Shown here in pieces: positions 39,095-53,385 of a DNA stretch of 64,000 bases. Numbering within the stretch: position 1 is the stretch's first letter; each line of letters opens with the position of its first letter. The stretch spans positions 100,070,001 through 100,134,000 of the forward strand of contig NC_045696.1 in NCBI RefSeq assembly GCF_009834535.1, written 5' to 3'. Below the pieces are notes generated by a model. That model had not been told where the DNA came from. It saw only the letters and a program-made list of their open reading frames with translations, and ran no database searches. The position numbers and the translations under genes are program-made. This DNA comes from Camelus ferus. Taxonomy: Eukaryota.

Positions 39095-40330
39095 TTCCTG
39101 GGATTTTTGTTCAGAATGTCATTGAATCCACAGATTGGTTTGTGAGAACTGACATTTTAACAATATTGAAACATCCACTCTGAAAACATGGTGTATCTCT
39201 CTTTTATGTATATCTTTAATTTCTATCACCTAAGTTTTGTAGTTAGCAGAGGAGGGGTCTTACACATTTTTCATTATCTTTTTAAACTAGATATTTGATG
39301 TTTTTATGCTGGTGTACATGACAGCTTTCAAATTATATTTTCTAATTTTTGTTTCTAGTCTGTGGAAATACAACTGATTTTGTGTATACTGACTTGCATA
39401 CTATGACCTTGCTAGACTCACTTACCAGTTGTAGCTGTTTCTTTGTAGAGACTTTTGGATTTTATGTGTACATAACCATCATTTGCTAATAAAAATAACT
39501 ATATTTTACACTTTCCAATCTTTAGAGATTTTCTCTTTTTTGCCACTTTTTTGAACTGAGGAGGACCTCCAGAATAATGATGAATAAAAGTATTGGCAGG
39601 AGACATCCTTACTTTGTTCCCAACTTTCTGTAAGGGGAAACCTTTTGATAGTTCACCCTTATATAGGTTGTCAGCCCTAGGTTTTTGGTAGATACTGTTA
39701 ATCAGATTGTGGCACTTTAGTTCTATTCTTAAATTGCTGAGATTTTTACCAACTTAAATTTAATTAAATAACTTTTATGCATCTGCTGATAAGGTCACAT
39801 CGTTTTCTCCTTATGCTGATAAGCTGATGAACTACATTGATTTATTCTGAATTATTTAGCTAACCTTGCAGTCCTAACAGATCAGTCATATTTCCATGTC
39901 CCACTTGATCATAATGTTTTATTTGTTTGTTTTTGCTGAGATATATTAATTGACTGTTAAAGATGTTTACATCTATGTTCATGAGTGATTTTACTCTGTA
40001 ATTCTCTCCTTTTGTAACGTTCTGGTTGAATTATGGAATCAGGGTTAATCTGAACCAGTGCTGTGCTGATAAATGTTGTTATTGGCTTTCCAGGGGAGAG
40101 TAAAAGGCCTTGATTTACAGTGATTGATGCTTACCTTGGTGAACATACTCCCATCATGGCTGATTTCAATCTACCAATGTGATGTCACTGAAAACAGTTG
40201 GAAAGAGATACTCACAATTGGCCCTTGTTGGCCTGTGAAAGCTAGCCCCAGCATACCACTATTCTGACCTAAAGAAAAAGGCTGGAATTTGTTCTATATT
40301 GCTTTACACTCTGAAAGAATTGGGGTAATG
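39095..40330 (-). mobile_element. Ancient L1 ORF2 fragment
   Basis: cattgaatccacagattggtttgtgagaactgacattttaacaatattga...gacatccttactttgttccc. Confidence 0.8.
40056..40261 (+). mobile_element. MER63-like hAT-Blackjack MITE inside the L1
   Basis: TIRs cagtgctgtgctg / cagcataccact; degenerate 8-bp TSD atctgaac/ttctgacc. Confidence 0.75.
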
Positions 40331-41677
40331 TCTGTATTTCTACTTCCTCTTTAAATTTTCGTTAGCATTCACATGGCTTTAATCAATGAGTCTTAACATT
40401 GATCCTGTCATTTCTGAAATGGGTGTACACTTTTTCCTTTCTTAATGCAAGACATTTCCTTCCTCTACAAAGAGCAAGTCCTTAATCGCGCCATGTCTTT
40501 CAAGAGAAGCTCTTATTTAATATGTGCCATACTGCCGTATTCCGGGGGAAAGAAAAATGAATGGAGCAAAAAGCAAAAAGAACCTCATGGTCCTGCCACC
40601 TGACAAGGACATTTGTAGTTGGATAAATAATTAGCAGTGGTTTTTGTCAAATGCTAGTGGAGAAAGATCTATGCTAATAATGGTTCACTTTGTCTTATGC
40701 TCGGACATTAATTTAATCAGTGGTTCACTTTCTCTTTAACTAAAACATTAGCTAAATCACATTGGGAAAACAAAACCCAGAGGCAGAAACTAATTGGAAA
40801 CATTGCTTTTAGGTAATGAAGCACTAACACATCCATGTTCAGGATTCACCGTGTTTTAGTTCAGAGAATTTTTTAAATAACTAACATAAAAAATGCATAG
40901 TTGTGATTCAGATATATAACTGCCAAAATCTGGGTAAAGGGAGAATTTGGCATTTTATTTCATCAAACATTCCATCAATATTTTGACTAAATTTTAGGAG
41001 TCCAAAGATAAAAAAAGATGAACAAGACTATATTCCACTACTTAAGGAGACCAGTAGGGGACAAATACATTTAAACAAATAATAACTCCATCAGGTGACA
41101 AGGCAATTAAAGACAATGATATAAACTACTATGGAAACAATGAGAGAGCAATACATTTTTTCTGGATGGGAGACAAAGTCTATTGACAATTTTACAGTCC
41201 CCCCTTCTTTTATTTTCCTCTCTCTCTCTTCTACCCTCCCCCCTTTCTCTATCCCTTTCCTTATCCCGTAGATTTTGTATTTTGAAGATCAATTTGAAAA
41301 AGCGGCAAAGTAGCCTTTCAGTAAACTAGAGGAAGTCACTTTCATTCTAAGTCCTACAGCTCCATAAAAGGTTTGCTCAACCCAAAGGAAGAGGAATTCA
41401 TTCCCACTGAGAATGCCCCTTCCTTTAGAGAACTCCAGAAGCATCACCATGGGTGGGGAGCCAGTCAGCAACAAGTGAGCACATTTAAGGTTAATGAGTA
41501 CCATTCTCACAGGAAAGAGAAAACTGTTATCTGAAAGGTTAAGCTGTTTCACTAATGATGAAAAGAAATAGATCAGTCTAAAATTTTCCTGGAACAATCT
41601 TCCTTGTTGGCTAGGACAGGTTTTATCATATCTATAAACAAAGGCTGTTAAAAGGGCTGTGAGATATTTTATAAAAG

Positions 41678-41822
41678 CAGGACCAGCTACACAATTCACA
41701 TAAAGATGCTGTGCCACTTGTTCAAATACCACTAAAGATTCAAGCTGGCAATGGTAGCACATTAAACCAAGCATGGCACCCTTTATGACTGCACAGCTCC
41801 CGGGCCCAAGAAGCCAGCCCTG
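41678..41822 (-). mobile_element. MER45A-like hAT-Tip100 MITE
   Basis: caggaccagctac...cattaaaccaagc...gactgcacag...gaagccagccctg with inverted termini. Confidence 0.75.
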
Positions 41823-42444
41823 GCCCGAGGACAGTATCACTGTATGTATTGAAGCAAGCTAAACCTTTCTCATTTGGTCTAGAATGAGAAACCATAAGCT
41901 TTGAAATACAGCACATACAGGTCTGAATCCTTCCTCCATCACATATTACCTACTAAATGTTGGACAAGTTGTGAAATTTTTCATTTCCTCACTGAAATGT
42001 GGCCCTACAAATTAAAACTTCCACCAGAAGTTCCAATGATATATATGAATCTTCTTCTGGTAAATTTGTAAATAATTAGATATATCATAAAAATAATTTG
42101 TGCAAGCTAGTGGCTTTACAATATTACTGTTAGTTTTATACAAATAATTGTGTTAAGTTGAAACATTCCTTTGATTATTTTTTTAAATTTCCTTCTCCAT
42201 TGATGATATCCCTCATCTCAGTTGTGAGCTACCAATCACATAAATTCACCAAAAAATCATTTTAAGATCAGATTTTAAAATATTTAAATAAAAGCCAAAT
42301 ATTTAAGTTTAAGAACATAATATCATGTGCATTATATATTCTGCATTTTATATTCTTCACTGTAATACTTCATCATTACTTTGGTGTATTTATAGATAAA
42401 TTCATTTGATTTACATGGTGTTTAACAATTTAAAAAAATTATTT

Positions 42445-43545
42445 ACTAAAACAGTATGGTATTAGCATGAAAACAGATAGACAGACCAACAAAACAGAAT
42501 AGAGAGTCCAGAAATAAACCCACACATATATGGTCAATAGTTTACAACAAAAGAGATAAGAATATACAATGGGGAGATGACAGTCTCTTCAAAAAATGCT
42601 GTTGAGAAAACTAGGCAGCTACATGGAAAAGAATGAAACTGGACCACTATCTGAAACCACACACAAAAATTAACTCAAGATGGACTGAAGACTTGAATAT
42701 AAGACCTGAAACTGTAAAACTCTTATTAGAAAGCATAGTCAGTTAGCTCTTTTTCATCAGTCCTGGTGATGAGTTTTTGGATTTGACACCAAAAAGCAAA
42801 GGCAACAGAAACAAAAATCAACAAGAGGGACTACATCAAACTAAAAAACTTCCATACAGCAAAGAAAGTCATCAACAAAATGAAAAGGCAACCTACTGAA
42901 TGGGAGAAAATATTTGCAAATCGTATATCCAATAAGGGTAAGTTAATATCAAAAATATATAAAGAACTCACACAACACAATAGTAAAAAAAAAAAAAAAA
43001 AAAAAAAGTAATCCATTTAAAAAATTGGCAAAGGATCTGAACAGACATTTTTCCAAAAAAAGACATACAGATGGCCAATAAGCACATGAAAAGATGCTCA
43101 ACATCACTAATTATCAGGGAAATGCAAATCAAAACCACAATGAGATATCAACTCACAACTGTTAAAATGACTATTATAAAAAACACAAGAAATAACAAGT
43201 CCTGACAAGGATGTGGAGAAAAGAGAACTCTGTCCATTGATGGATGAATGGATAAAAAAGGCATGGTATATATATGTGTACACATATATGTGCAATGGAA
43301 TACATATACTCAGTTGGAATATATATTATATATTACATATTATATATTTTATATATAATAACATACACTATTATAACGGAATACTACTCATTCATAAAAA
43401 GAATGAAATCTTGCCATTTGTGACAACATGGATGGACCTTGAGGGTATTATGCTGCATGAAACAAGTCAGACTGAGAAAGACAAATACCATACGATTTCA
43501 TTAATATGTGGACTCCAAAAGACAAAACAAACAAACTAAACTAAC
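42445..43545 (+). mobile_element. L1 ORF2 3' part
   Basis: aaaacagtatggtattagcatgaaaacaga...; peptide [32 protein letters not shown]. Confidence 0.92.
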
Positions 43546-44319
43546 TTCTCTATATTCATATGTAAAAATTCATATTTTTATGAATTTAAAGATAATATTA
43601 TTATAAAATACTTCCTTTAAATTATTATCTATAAAATGTTATTCATTTACAGTTATTTTTAAAAACATATGTTTTATAGCCTTAAAATACTTCTCCATTA
43701 TTTTCTTGGTAGCATGAAGCTCAGTCACCTCAATTTACACAAATAAATCACTTAAGACTTGGTCAGACCTTGCAGTACACAAGTAAATATTTAAGAGGAA
43801 AACAAATACCATGTATTGGATACTGTCAGGTCATGGCTGAAACTCAGTCTAATTTTGTGGCAGATGCAATAAAATTTCTCATATTTTTTTTGTATGTCCA
43901 AGAACATTCTCATTTTGTTGGAGTCCCCTTGAAGATATATGAAAAGGAAACTTATCTTTGAATGGTAACTGTGGTAATGGAGAGGAAACTAACCTATCAA
44001 ATGACATAAGAACATTTAACAGAGATACATTCAGTGTGTTTTAAAGTTTTCATAATGCATCTTGAAGTGTTCTTCATCTTAATATAATTAATACAAAGTG
44101 AAAATCAGAAAAACGGTACAAACAATATGTCTTTAGTCCCAGTGCCTGAGCTACTGTATCAGCCCCTTCCCTGGGCTTCCAACCTGCTGGCCTACCCTAA
44201 AAGTGACATTAAAATCACAGTCGAAAAAAGTAGACCAAGATCAGCTTGTTAAATCTAAACAGGGTATCTCCTAAACATAAAATACTTAAATAGAACCCAG
44301 AGTTACAAACACTTCATCA

Positions 44320-45995
44320 GCAACTGAGAGAATTACTATGCAGACCATCTGCAAGGATGTAGATGATCTGAACAACACAACCAGCAGGGAATAACTGAAA
44401 TACAAAGAACACTCCAGCAATCAACAGCAAAATACATGTTCTTTCACCAAGATAGACCATACACTCGATCGTAAAATGAATCTTAACAAGTTAAAAACAG
44501 TTGATTCAAAGTACAATCTTACAGAATATGTTTCTGGTTATAACAGAAACAAACTAGAAATCAGAAACAGAAAGGCAAGAGGAAAAACTCTAATCATGTA
44601 GCAAATAAATGACACATTTCTAAATAATCCATAAGTAAGAAGACACTAAAAGGATACACAGAAATGAATGAAAATAAAAATGTGTTATATCAAAATATGT
44701 GGGATACAGCTAATGCAGTGCTGAGAGGAAACTGCATAGCATTAAATTTTTACATTAAAAAAGAGAAAAATTCTCAGGTCAATAATCTAAGTTTCTATCT
44801 CAAGAAATTAGATAAAAAGAGGCAAAGTAAGCCCAATGCAAGCAGAAGGAAGGAACAGTGTGAAAAGACAAGTTATTGACAGGGAGAAAATATTTGCAAA
44901 CCACATATCCAACAAAGAACCACAGAGCAGATAAAGAACTCTCAAAACTCAACAGTAAAAAACAAAAATACAATTAGAAAATGGTAAAAGACATGAACAG
45001 ATATTTCACTGAAGAAGATATGCACATAGCAGATAAGCTTATGAAAAGATGTTCAACATCATTAGCCACTAGGGAAATATAAATTGAAACCACCATGAGA
45101 TATAACTACTGACCTATCAGAATGGCTAAAATTAAAATGGTCATGCCATAAAATGTTGGCAAGAATCCAGAGGAAACACATCTCTCATATACTGCCGGTG
45201 GGAATATAAAATGATATACTACACACTCTGGAAAACTGTGGCAGTTTCTAACAAAACAAAACATGCAACTATCATAGAACTCAGAAATTGCCAACTCAGG
45301 CATTTATCCCAAAGAAACAAAGTATTTCCACATAAAAGTCATTGCAGCTTTATTCATCACAGCCCCAAACTGAAAACAGCCTAGATGTTTAATAGATGAA
45401 TGGTTAAACTAACCATGGCACATTCATAATGTATAATACCACTCAGCAGTAAAAAGCACAAACTACTGATACATGCACTTTGGGTGGATCTCCAGAGAGT
45501 TACACTGAGTGAAAAAAAGTCAATGCCCAAAGGTCACATACTGTATGATTCCATTTATTCAATATTTTTCAAACAACAAAATTTTAGAAATGGAGCTCAG
45601 ATTCCTGGTTTCCAGAGTTAGCACATGGGGAGGAGGTGTACGGAGCAACTGGAGGGAGGTGAGCATGGTCATACAAGGACAACATGATGGGTCCTTGTGA
45701 TACAGAATGTTCAGTATCACGACTGTGGTGCTGGATACACAAACCTACAATTGTGATAAAATTACATAAAGTAAATCTCCGCCATATACACAAATGCACA
45801 CCAGTATAAGTAAAGCTGGAGAAATCTAAATAAATTCATTTATACCAATGTCAAAATCTTGGCTGTGATTCTATACTAGTTTAACAAAATGTGACTAGCA
45901 GGAGAGCCAGGTCAAGTGTTTATGGGATTTCCCTGTGTTATTTTTAAACAACTGTATGTGAAGCCACAATTATTTCAATAAAATTCAATTAAAAA
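44320..45995 (+). mobile_element. L1MC-like fragments (ORF2 pieces and 3'UTR)
   Basis: YQNMWDTANAVLRGNCIALN; 3'UTR with gtgaaaaaaagtcaatgcccaaaggtcacatactgtatgattccattta ending aataaaattcaattaaaaa. Confidence 0.88.
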
Positions 45996-48142
45996 TGATT
46001 CATGTCAATATTTCTCCAGGAGACTACTCACCAGAACTCTAGGGTCAGATTAGGCATCAAATTGCCACTAGGGAAAACCTATATAAAAACACTCCCCAAG
46101 CCCAGTGCTGCCTCCTGACCATTTATAGAAACACATCTAAACTATAAAACAATCCTGTGAAAAATTTTAACACCATTTACAGATGCAAGAATTGAGATTC
46201 AGTCATGTTATATAACTTCCCCAATGTTGCACAGTGATGGATTTGAAATCTTGAACATGGCACCATCTCAACCTAAAGTCTACGTTCTAGACTACACAAT
46301 ATCGTACCCCTGTGGGGACAGCATTAGTATCATTCTGAATTTCACAGGGCCAAATCCTGTTTGTTATGCTCACATCATTTTCTTAGTTAATCTTAGTTAG
46401 GGAAGACTGTAGGGAAAAATGTGTGCCTGATATTTTAAATAGGAATGTTTCTAATACAGTTAATGTTTCTTAAGTGAGAAGATATATGTGTTAATGGAGT
46501 GGTAGAGGTGGTGGTAATTCTCTTAGTTGTCCAAATTATGATAATTAAACCTATGGGTCAAGATATGCCAGACCCCCAGAAGGGTTCACAACATTGAGGT
46601 TATCTCTAAAGGGCTGCAGTTTTTCTAACCAGCATGTGTTACTTAGTTTATCATAGCAAAATCCAGTGGTTTTGAGAAGCTGGGACTTGGAAGGGAATGC
46701 TAATCTCCTGTGACATCATGACCTCTGCTATGAGCTGGCACAGACCAAATGCAGGTCAAGATGAGCTCTTTCCCAGTGTTTCTTGACAGGTCACTGACAA
46801 AACTCTCCTTTCCTTTGACAAAGCCCATTACCCAAGTGATAAATCACCATGGTAGAAAAAACAAAACAAAATAGTTTATTTCTTTGGTTTCTTCCTAACT
46901 GGACAATGTTTAGCTTCAGAAGCTTTGAGAAACCAAACATGAATACATTTCTGATAATGGGGAAAAGGCAGGAAAAGACTAGTTTGAAGAACAGAAGTAG
47001 GAGGGGATTTATATACGGAGTCTGATGGCATCAGCAACATAGAAGCGATGAAGTTCTTCAGCAGGTCTGCCCTTAGAGAAGCTCGGCTGCTCTTGTAGAT
47101 CACTACCAGGTAGGGAGAAAGAGTCAGAAAAGAAAATCTCGTCTCTTCACCATCACCTAACAGTCCCACATCTCCTCTTCCCTGTCCCTCCACCCCTCAC
47201 TGCCCCCTCCATCAGACAAACTAAGGTTCAGGACCATGACGCCGGCCGCTGAGTGTCAGATACATCCGCACACCAGAAGAAAAAAGCCTGTTTACGAAAA
47301 CTGAAAAACACAGAATTGAGTCACTTTAAAAGAAATATAATTTCATTATTAAAAATTCACATTACGTATCAAAGTGAAAAAATTCAATCATGAATAATCT
47401 AAGAAAATGGAGTTAGAGACACTTTGTTGAAATGTCTTATTTCAAATGTCAGCAATAGGAAATAGGTAAAAACCCTAGGTAACCCCATAACTAGACACTA
47501 TTAATGTCACCTGCTCTGGGCCCCGTTTTCTGGAAACTGGACATCTACCATCCATCCATATTTCATTTGGAGGCAACGAAGCTTTTATAAGATGCCTACC
47601 CACTTCTCTCCATTGTTGCTTGGTTTAGGGACCACTCTCTGCCATACAAACTCAGAAGAATAAAAAAAAAAAAAGCCAGCTTATAATTAGTAAACAAATG
47701 TAATATAGAGAGGCAGAGGAAAGATATGGAGAGAGAAGATATATTTATTGGTTCTACCAAATTACTAAAGCTAGAAGCAGTACTTAGTTTCTGGGCCCTA
47801 CCTCAAAACAATTAAATCCGGGTCTCTGCAGGTAGAGTCCAGATTTTTAAAAAGTTCTCCAGACTAAGGTGAAGACAGGGCTGAGAATCATGACTCTAGA
47901 CAGATGCAGAGGCTCAAGTGCAACTCCCGTGTGGAGCTTAGGAGACACCCTAGTATCTACCTAATAAATTACCCTAATATAGTTTCTCTGCCAAAATTTT
48001 ACAACACGTCATGTGTGCTGCAGAGAGATACCAAAGCAAACAGAAAATATATACCATTTCAATGCAATGTTACATTTTCTTAAGCTGGTTCAAAACTCAA
48101 TTTGTCCTATACCTACAGTGTGATTCCTTTGACCAGAGGTTA

Positions 48143-48180
<38 letters not shown>

Positions 48181-48559
48181 AAACCTAAGGAAAAGCCCTG
48201 TAGTTCTATATGAATATGCAAAATCTACATAATTGAATTGGTTTATTAGGAGTTGGAGTTTCAGGGCCCAGGCAAGCTAAATCTCATTCTATTAAAAAAA
48301 GACTTACTTGAGTTCAGAATGTAAGTCAATGGCAGAGTCCTAACAAAAACTCATTTTACTTCGCTGGCTGTTACAGCAAGCAAGCAGTTGGGGAAAGTGC
48401 TGTATTATTTTTAGTCCACATTTTTGTCTGCTTTTTTATTCACTGTCCACATTATCTTAGAGATAACGTTAAATGAGGGGAGAAAGAACCAAGAGGTGAA
48501 TAAAAGGAGAAAATAAACATTTCCTTTGGTCTGCACTAACTTAACAGTGGATTCATTCA

Positions 48560-50450
48560 GCTTCAGATAATTCTGTGAGGAGGCCAAATTTGTCTACGTT
48601 CAATACATTTCCAAAATATATTCACATATACTATTTCACTTGATTCAAATGCTTTAATAGCAAAGTGTTTGTATACCTCTCCTTTTAAACATATTTGGAA
48701 CATATGGGATCCTTAATCTATTCTTCCTTTCATCCTCCATTCTTTGCATCATCCTTGTCTGGCTGGTATTTTTCAGTTTCGAATATTTTTATTCTCATTC
48801 CTTCAGAACATCCATTCCCATGGAATTTCAGCATAGATGAGATAATCCAAGACTCTTGCCACAACAATTTACTTCTGCTTTCTCCACAAGTATAAGACAA
48901 TACAATATTTTCCAGGCTTCTTCAAGAAACCAATGCCAACAGAGCTTCCAAAGTGTGATTATGTTTCCCAGATGCTGACAAAAGTGATGTTTTTTATCAA
49001 ATGTACATGCCCTATATACAGGAAGCACATGTACTTTCATAGAGCATGCTCTAGGGGAAAATGAACATCAGAAATGGACACACTGTAACTGACTATACTT
49101 CAATAAAGGGAAAAAAAGAAAAAATAAAGAAAAAAAGAAATTTATTTTAAAATTTATCTTTTTTAATTCCAAAAAGAACCATTTTTCAAGCATTGAATTT
49201 GTTAGATTTGCTTGAAAACTTTTGGCTTCTTTTTCCGTTTCAAGATTAGGCCAAATTTTTCCTTTTTCTTTCTTGGATGAGCTTTTCACATTTTTCTTCT
49301 GGCGTTTACTCTAACTGCTTTATACATGTACATTAGAGGATTTAACCAGTTTTGACACAATTTTTTTACTCTTATTTTTATAAACTTCTTCTATTTAACT
49401 TGTCCCCAAATTCTCTGCATCCAAAGTAGGAAGGTGCAGTGTCCTATCACTTGGCTTTGTTATCTTTCTTCTTCCCCTGCCGAGGAAGGACTATCGGTGT
49501 GAAGGGCATCTTCACAGAATGCGTAGGTCCATCAATTTGCTTGGTCATAAAGATAATCATACTGGTAAGAGGCAATCAATCCAACATTTCCTTAATCCAA
49601 ATGACAAAAAAAATCACCATGTCTCCGTGCTTTAATGAGTTAATTTTTCTCATTTTTTTTTTATGTTAACACAGAAACCAGGTACTTTCTCCTTCAAGGT
49701 CCTCTCTGACCTGTATCCGTCCATCTGCATAAGTTAACAACTTTCACTACAAACATGTTAATTAGACCTTGAAATCAGAGTCACCAGTGTTAGTAATTCT
49801 CTCTTGAAATATGGTTGGTGCACACTTTGTTTAGTTGGTTGTTTACAGTATATTTCAATTTTCTTGAATCTGCCATAAGAAACAGCAAAGGAAATTTGTT
49901 CTCTCAGTTCTTGAGATTGTTTAGAACTAATACATCATTTTACTTTTCTTGTGAAAAATTCTTTAGCATAAACACCTCAGCTTTTTCGTTTTGCTATTTT
50001 ATTTCACTGCCTCCTTTTAATGCTTTATATGCCAGAATTAATGTCATTTTTCCTCTCTCTCTTAACTCTGTCCTGAATTTGCAAGAGCTGAAATTTCTCT
50101 TTTGATGCATTTTTAGTGTGTCAGAAACTTCATGGGTCTCTGCAAACCTGTATTTGTTTACAATTTGTTTACAATATGATTGCTCCAAGAGCTAGAGAAG
50201 TAAACATTGGTGGATGAAGAATTCTTTCATCTTCTTTTAGATGGATAGGTCAACTGCTTTCAAATAGGCTAGAACTTGCCCAAAATTAGTAGACAAGAAA
50301 GGTTTTAACGTACTCTCCCACTGGAGGAAAAGTATTACGTGCAAAAATTTTTCAGAAATTGTTTATTCTATCAGAACTTGATCAAAAATGACAACCAGGT
50401 AATCTAAACGAGTAAGACACAGAAGTAATGAAACTGGCAAGGTAAAAATA
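48560..50450 (-). mobile_element. Probable ancient RTE-clade LINE (L4/RTE-X or MamRTE-like) ORF2 fossil
   Basis: Degenerate RT motifs on the minus strand in the expected order and spacing: FKK (~49865), LKHGD for QGD (~49625), AFCED for FADD (~49510), RMEDER...P (~48735). Confidence 0.5.
49067..49140 (+). mobile_element. Very short L1 3' terminus plus A-rich tail
   Basis: cagaaatggacacactgtaactgactatacttcaataaa followed by an A-rich tract; resembles the end of the young L1 3'UTR elsewhere in the window. Confidence 0.65.
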
Positions 50451-51374
50451 TCCAAAAGAGAAGCGTTCTTTCCAATGTTACTTTTAAAAGCCTTTATTTG
50501 AAAAACTATTCAGTTGTGAAATACTCAGCAAGTACTTACTAACCACCTCCTGTGCCGGACTGTACTGATCCCTGGACACAGAGTTGAAGCTGCTGCCCTC
50601 ATGGGGCTTGCAGTCTTTCCTCCTTAATCTTCACAACGATTTTTTGAAACATGAGTGTTGGCATTATTACACCAGTAATACAGAGATTCAGGCTCAAACT
50701 GGAACTTAAATCTCTATATTCTTTTGCCAGAGCTTTTGCAATATATAAAAATGCAATTTCATTGTCATTTAAAAAAATTGATATCAAGAATAAATCGAGG
50801 AAGAAAAGAAAATAGATGACACAACTTATTTTGCTTCTTTTTACTTGGATAATTTATACTCTGAATTAATGTAATTTGGTGGCTTATTTTGCAGCAACCT
50901 CTGCTTCAACCAAGAGATCCACTGCTTCCCACTTGGATTTAATCCTTCATTCTACAAATAATTTAGTGCCAGATATGTATCATACACTATGTTTGGCTTC
51001 ACTCCAACTTCTTCCAAGATAATGAAAGAACTAGCACAGACTTTCTGGAACCCAATTGGATACTGTTTGCACCAAATCCTTCTTCCCCAGTTTTCATCTC
51101 TTGGTGCATCTGAGAGTTACATTTCATCTCACCCAAGCTGAACGGCATGAGCTCTGTTGGGTTTACCTTTATGAAGCTGCAGTGTTCCTGCTTCTGTGGC
51201 ATCATCAACCTACGTCTCATGAATTAGGTGATATCTCCATTATTTGGCCCAATATAAAAGTATTATCTGCCCTCCAGTGTAAAATAGTTACCTATCAACT
51301 CCAAAGGCCTTTTCATACAATTAATGAACAGATCAAATGCCAACTTGAGACTTATTTTCATGAAACTGAGTTCC

Positions 51375-52335
51375 ATATTTACAACTGAAATGGAAGAATC
51401 ACCAGAGAGGCTTAACAGCAGATTGAAGTAAAGGTACATAACTTGAAGAGAGGTCCAAAGAAAATATCCAGTTCTAAGAAAAGAGTAAAAGAATGTGAAA
51501 CAAGCAAAGCCGCAGTGATCTCTGGGACGATACCTAGAGTTCTCACATATATTCAGTTGGATTCCTAGGAATAGGGAAAAAATGGAGCAGAGAAGAAGTT
51601 TTTTAAAAATGGCTGAAATGTAACCAGATGTGGGAAAAAATATCCACTGACTTATCCAGGAAGCTCAGGGAACCCCAAGAAGGAAATATTCAAGGAAACC
51701 CACATATTATAGACTGACTGCAAGAAAGCCAAAGATATAAAGGTATCTAAAAAGGAATGGTAGCCTACTTGCCTTTAGATAAAAATGGAAGTGAAAAGTA
51801 TAACATCTTTAAAGTTTTGGGAAATAAAGCACTGCCAACCCACAATTCTATATTTAGTCAAGATGAGTCTTAAAAATGAAAGCAAAATAAACATGTTTTC
51901 AGAAGCTCTTGCCAGCAGATCTACACTTCAACATACACAAAAGTAAACTCTTCAGCCTGAGGGGAGGTGATAGTATATAAAATACAAATGTCCAAGAAAG
52001 AATGAAGTGCACATGGAATTGTGTATATGTGGGTAAATATAAAAGCTATCTTTTTTACTTCTCTTATATACCTGTAAGAGACAACTGACCCTCTAAACCA
52101 AAATTATAACAATGTATATGGAGTTACCTTAGGTATGAGTGAAATACGACAAAAATGACATAAAGGATTGAGAAACCGAAACGTATTGTTGCAAATTTCT
52201 TTATTTTGTACTCAGTGATTCAATAATAATTCTAAGCAGACTGTGACAACATAAGAGCAACCAGTTAAAAATAATAACAAACACTAAAAGATGTAGCTAA
52301 CAAGCATCAAGATTTAAAATAAACACTTAAAAAAA
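51375..52335 (+). mobile_element. Ancient L1 ORF1/inter-ORF fragment
   Basis: cttaacagcagattgaag...gaagctcagggaaccccaagaagg...acatctttaaagttttgggaaa...ccaacccacaattctatat. Confidence 0.75.
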
Positions 52336-53129
52336 AAAGTTATCACCTGCCTTATTCAAGTTGGAACCAACATCACATCTTGACTTTGAGAAAGACTCGA
52401 GTTTGGATTGCCCGTAGTTTTGCTGCCTTTTTGTTTGTTTTATACTTTGACACTATTTCTACATTTGAGAAATATCCTGTGCAAATTCTAATGAAAAACC
52501 ATTTTTAAAATTTATTCTCACATGCTTACTGACAAACAGCACATATACAAAGGAAAATGGGAAGTTCCAGAACTCCACTCCCATAAGTCTTCTGATTTAT
52601 CCAAACTTCTCCCATAGTGGGGTACTGCCAAATACCTTGCTCTCTGTGGGTGGCCTGGCAACTTCCCTCACTGTCTCCAGCTGCTAGAGAGCCGGCTTTT
52701 TCCAGTACATCATTAAAAAACTGGCACCAACGCTCAAAGTATCTACTCCCTAGAGGAAGATCACTGTTATGCTCTCCCTATTAAAAACAGAAAACAGCCG
52801 GAGGCAGAGTACCTCTGCCAGCGCTCAGCCCTTTACCCCAAACACATCTCTCCAGGAAGCTGTAAAAACAGGGGACTTGTGCTCCTGCTGACACTAGCCT
52901 GTGAGTTCCTGCCTGCACAGTGTGATGCTTGCTGCCACCTGCCCAGAGCCTTTGCAAGATAACCTTTAAGTCATTGTGAGATAACGGGAGCAGGAATTAT
53001 TCATCTCACTTTACCAGTGAGAAACACAAAGTCAGAAGGATAGAGTGAAATATTCAAGGTCACATATCTTGATTGATGTGGCACTTGACCTTCCTATTCC
53101 AGGATAAATCATCAATGATGGAAGCTTCT

Positions 53130-53385
53130 TAATAATAACAGCTAACATATTACTTTGTACCAGATTGTCTCACAAGCACTTTATATTTATTGACACATTT
53201 CATCCTACAACAAATCTCTAGGACAGGAACCAGTATTACCCCATTTTTACAGAGGGAGAAACTGAGGCAAAAAAGAGTTTAGTGAGTTCCTTAAGGTCTC
53301 ACTGATAGTTAAGGTGTGAAGCTGGAGTTCAAATCTAGGTGGTCTGGGTCCAGAGTCTGTGCTCTTATTCTCCAGCTGCACTTAA
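53130..53385 (-). mobile_element. MIR
   Basis: aataataacagctaacat...cccatttttacagagggagaaactgaggc...ggagttcaaatctagg. Confidence 0.85.

Noticed and set aside
41289..41840. Longest ORF in the track (183 aa, minus strand)
   Set aside because: Its start overlaps a MER45-like MITE; no recognisable domain and no splice context.
46876..47193. 105-aa minus-strand ORF or possible exon
   Set aside because: No recognisable homology and no partner exons; kept only as a regulatory candidate.
48940..49000. FCQHLGNIIT read as the RT 'YLG' motif
   Set aside because: Too far from the putative FADD motif; likely coincidental and not used as evidence.
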